From NCBI GenBank assembly GCA_043800755.1, contig JAZDMQ010000160.1:1-17785 (forward strand): a stretch of DNA of 17,785 nucleotides, read 5' to 3'. Under the pieces are notes generated by a model. That model saw only the letters and a program-made list of their open reading frames with translations. It was not told the origin of the DNA and did no database searches. Shown piece after piece: positions 16,225-17,785 of this stretch; within the stretch, counting starts at the first letter, position 1, and every line of letters starts with the position of its first letter. The position numbers and the translations under genes are program-made. This DNA comes from a bacterium (lineage in GTDB: Bacteria; Methylomirabilota; Methylomirabilia; CAVQYV01).

Positions 16225-16255
16225 AGGGTCAACCTTCCTGAAAGGAGGAGGAGCA

Positions 16256-17056
16256 ATGATAGGAAAGCAGATCAGGATGGAACGGATCATCGACCGCAAT
16301 TCCGGAAAGACGGTCATGATCCCCATGGACCACGGAATCACCCTGGGGCCCATCCCCGGCCTCATCGACATGAAGCAGACGGTGGATGCGGTGGCCTCGG
16401 GGGGTGCTAACGCCATCATCATCCATAAGGGGCTGGTGACCGCTGGCCATCGGGGGCGGGGCCAGGACATCGGTCTCATCATCCATCTCTCCGCAAGCAC
16501 CGCCTTGGCGCCGGACCCCAACTCCAAGGTGTTGGTATGCGGGGTGGAGGAAGCAATCAAGCTGGGGGCAGATGCGATCTCCATCCATGTGAACGTGGGG
16601 GCCAACGACGAAAAGGAGATGCTGAGGGACTTTGGGATGGTGGCCCGGAGGGCCTCGGAGTGGGGATTCCCCCTGGTGGCCATGGTCTATCCCCGAGGGG
16701 CCAAGATCAAGGATGAATACGATCCCAAGGTGGTCAAACACGCAGCCCGCCTGGGGGCGGAGTTGGGGGCAGACATCGTGAAGGTCAACTATACCGGCAA
16801 GGCAGACACCTTCCAAGAGGTGGTGAAAGGTTGTTTCGTCCCGGTGGTGATCGCCGGGGGTCCCAAGATGGAGAGCGACCGGGATATCTTGGAGATGGTG
16901 AAGGGTGCCATGGAGGCTGGGGCGCGCGGGGCGTCCATTGGCCGCAATGCCTTCCAGCATCGCAATCCCTCCCTGATCGTCAAGGCCATCAGCTTGATTG
17001 TCCACGAGGACGCCCCGGTGGATGAGGCACTGGCCCTCCTGGGAGGCGGAAGATGA
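16256..17056 (+). CDS. aroA': 2-amino-3,7-dideoxy-D-threo-hept-6-ulosonate synthase (DhnA-type class I aldolase, MJ0400-like)
   Basis: [53 protein letters not shown] (Schiff-base Lys), VVIAGGP and [18 protein letters not shown]; directly upstream of DHQ synthase II. Confidence 0.9.
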   Translation: MIGKQIRMERIIDRNSGKTVMIPMDHGITLGPIPGLIDMKQTVDAVASGGANAIIIHKGLVTAGHRGRGQDIGLIIHLSASTALAPDPNSKVLVCGVEEAIKLGADAISIHVNVGANDEKEMLRDFGMVARRASEWGFPLVAMVYPRGAKIKDEYDPKVVKHAARLGAELGADIVKVNYTGKADTFQEVVKGCFVPVVIAGGPKMESDRDILEMVKGAMEAGARGASIGRNAFQHRNPSLIVKAISLIVHEDAPVDEALALLGGGR

Positions 17057-17785
17057 AACGAGTCTGGGCCAAGATTATCCCCTGGAAGCCGGAGTTGGCC
17101 GCTGCGGCGTTGGAGGCGGGGGCGGACGCCGTGCTGATTCCCGCAGGCCTTAGCGAGGAGATGAAGCGTATGGGGCTGATCCAGGTGATCGCGCCCGACG
17201 GGGACCTCCGCCTGGGAGAGGAGGTCCTGGAGTGGGAGATTAGGGGGAAGGAAGACGAAGCGGAGATCTTGAAGCGCAGCCGCTCCGCCTTGGTCATCGT
17301 CCGTGCCAGAGACTGGACCATCATCCCCCTGGAGAACCTGATCGCCCAGACCGGGAATTTGGTGGTGGAGGTGGCCGACCTAGCCCAGGGCCAGACCATG
17401 CTCTCGGTCCTGGAAAAGGGGGTGGATGGCGTCCTGCTGGATATCCCCGATCCAGCCGCCCTGCGCTCCGCCATTGCCGCCCTCAAGGAGCCGGAAGAGA
17501 GGATTGCCCTCACCCCGGTCCGCATCCTCCGCCTCGTCCCCCTGGGCATGGGCGACCGGGTCTGCGTGGACACCTGCACCCAGATGGGGATTGGTCAGGG
17601 GATGCTGGTCGGCAATTCCGGGCGCGCCCTATTCTTGGTGCATGCGGAATCGGAGGAGAATCCCTTCGTGGCGCCCCGCCCCTTCCGGGTCAACGCCGGG
17701 GCGGTCCATGCCTACATCCGGGTGCCAGGCGGAAAGACCCGCTATCTTTCGGAGCTGAAGGCGGGATCCGAGGTCCTCCTGGTCG
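17053..17785 (+). CDS. aroB': 3-dehydroquinate synthase II, 3' truncated by window edge (absent from the ORF track)
   Basis: ATGA overlap with the aroA' stop. Manual translation gives [11 protein letters not shown]...[12 protein letters not shown]...[10 protein letters not shown]...[11 protein letters not shown]...GMLVGNS...LFLVHAES...[13 protein letters not shown]...[11 protein letters not shown]. Confidence 0.93.
   Translation, partial: MKRVWAKIIPWKPELAAAALEAGADAVLIPAGLSEEMKRMGLIQVIAPDGDLRLGEEVLEWEIRGKEDEAEILKRSRSALVIVRARDWTIIPLENLIAQTGNLVVEVADLAQGQTMLSVLEKGVDGVLLDIPDPAALRSAIAALKEPEERIALTPVRILRLVPLGMGDRVCVDTCTQMGIGQGMLVGNSGRALFLVHAESEENPFVAPRPFRVNAGAVHAYIRVPGGKTRYLSELKAGSEVLLV

Noticed and set aside
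1..17785. CRISPR arrays, tRNA/rRNA, transposases, selenocysteine readthrough, pseudogenes
   Set aside because: None seen by eye. The redox genes use Cys codons at catalytic sites and all called ORFs look intact.

Overview
GC-rich bacterial chromosomal segment. The aroA'/aroB' pair suggests a Desulfobacterota/Nitrospinota-like lineage, but this is inference only. There are 16 CDS calls and no evident mobile element, CRISPR or structural RNA gene. Left to right: a cyclase-family protein (5' truncated), an amidohydrolase and a solitary bioY, then divergently an atypical trxB, an HtrA protease, an OsmC protein, a Liv-type ABC transporter (Tat-exported binding protein, LivH, and a LivM-LivG-LivF triple fusion) and a TIM-barrel isomerase. 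A convergent minus-strand unit encodes an exported multidomain redox protein (CxxC redoxin, CxxCH, FMN-binding-like and Cys/His tail) plus a sulfur oxygenase reductase (SOR), preceded by a dihydroorotase-like amidohydrolase. The window ends in the archaeal-type aroA'-aroB' dehydroquinate pathway. The top finding is an unannotated 20-aa leader peptide ending F-W-Y-Y-Y-Y-S, coupled to six mutually exclusive RNA segments (his-operon-like). This is a candidate ribosome-mediated attenuator sensing aromatic amino acids upstream of aroA'. The second is the SOR plus novel redox protein module. All family calls come from motif recognition by eye; no database searches or folding programs were run.
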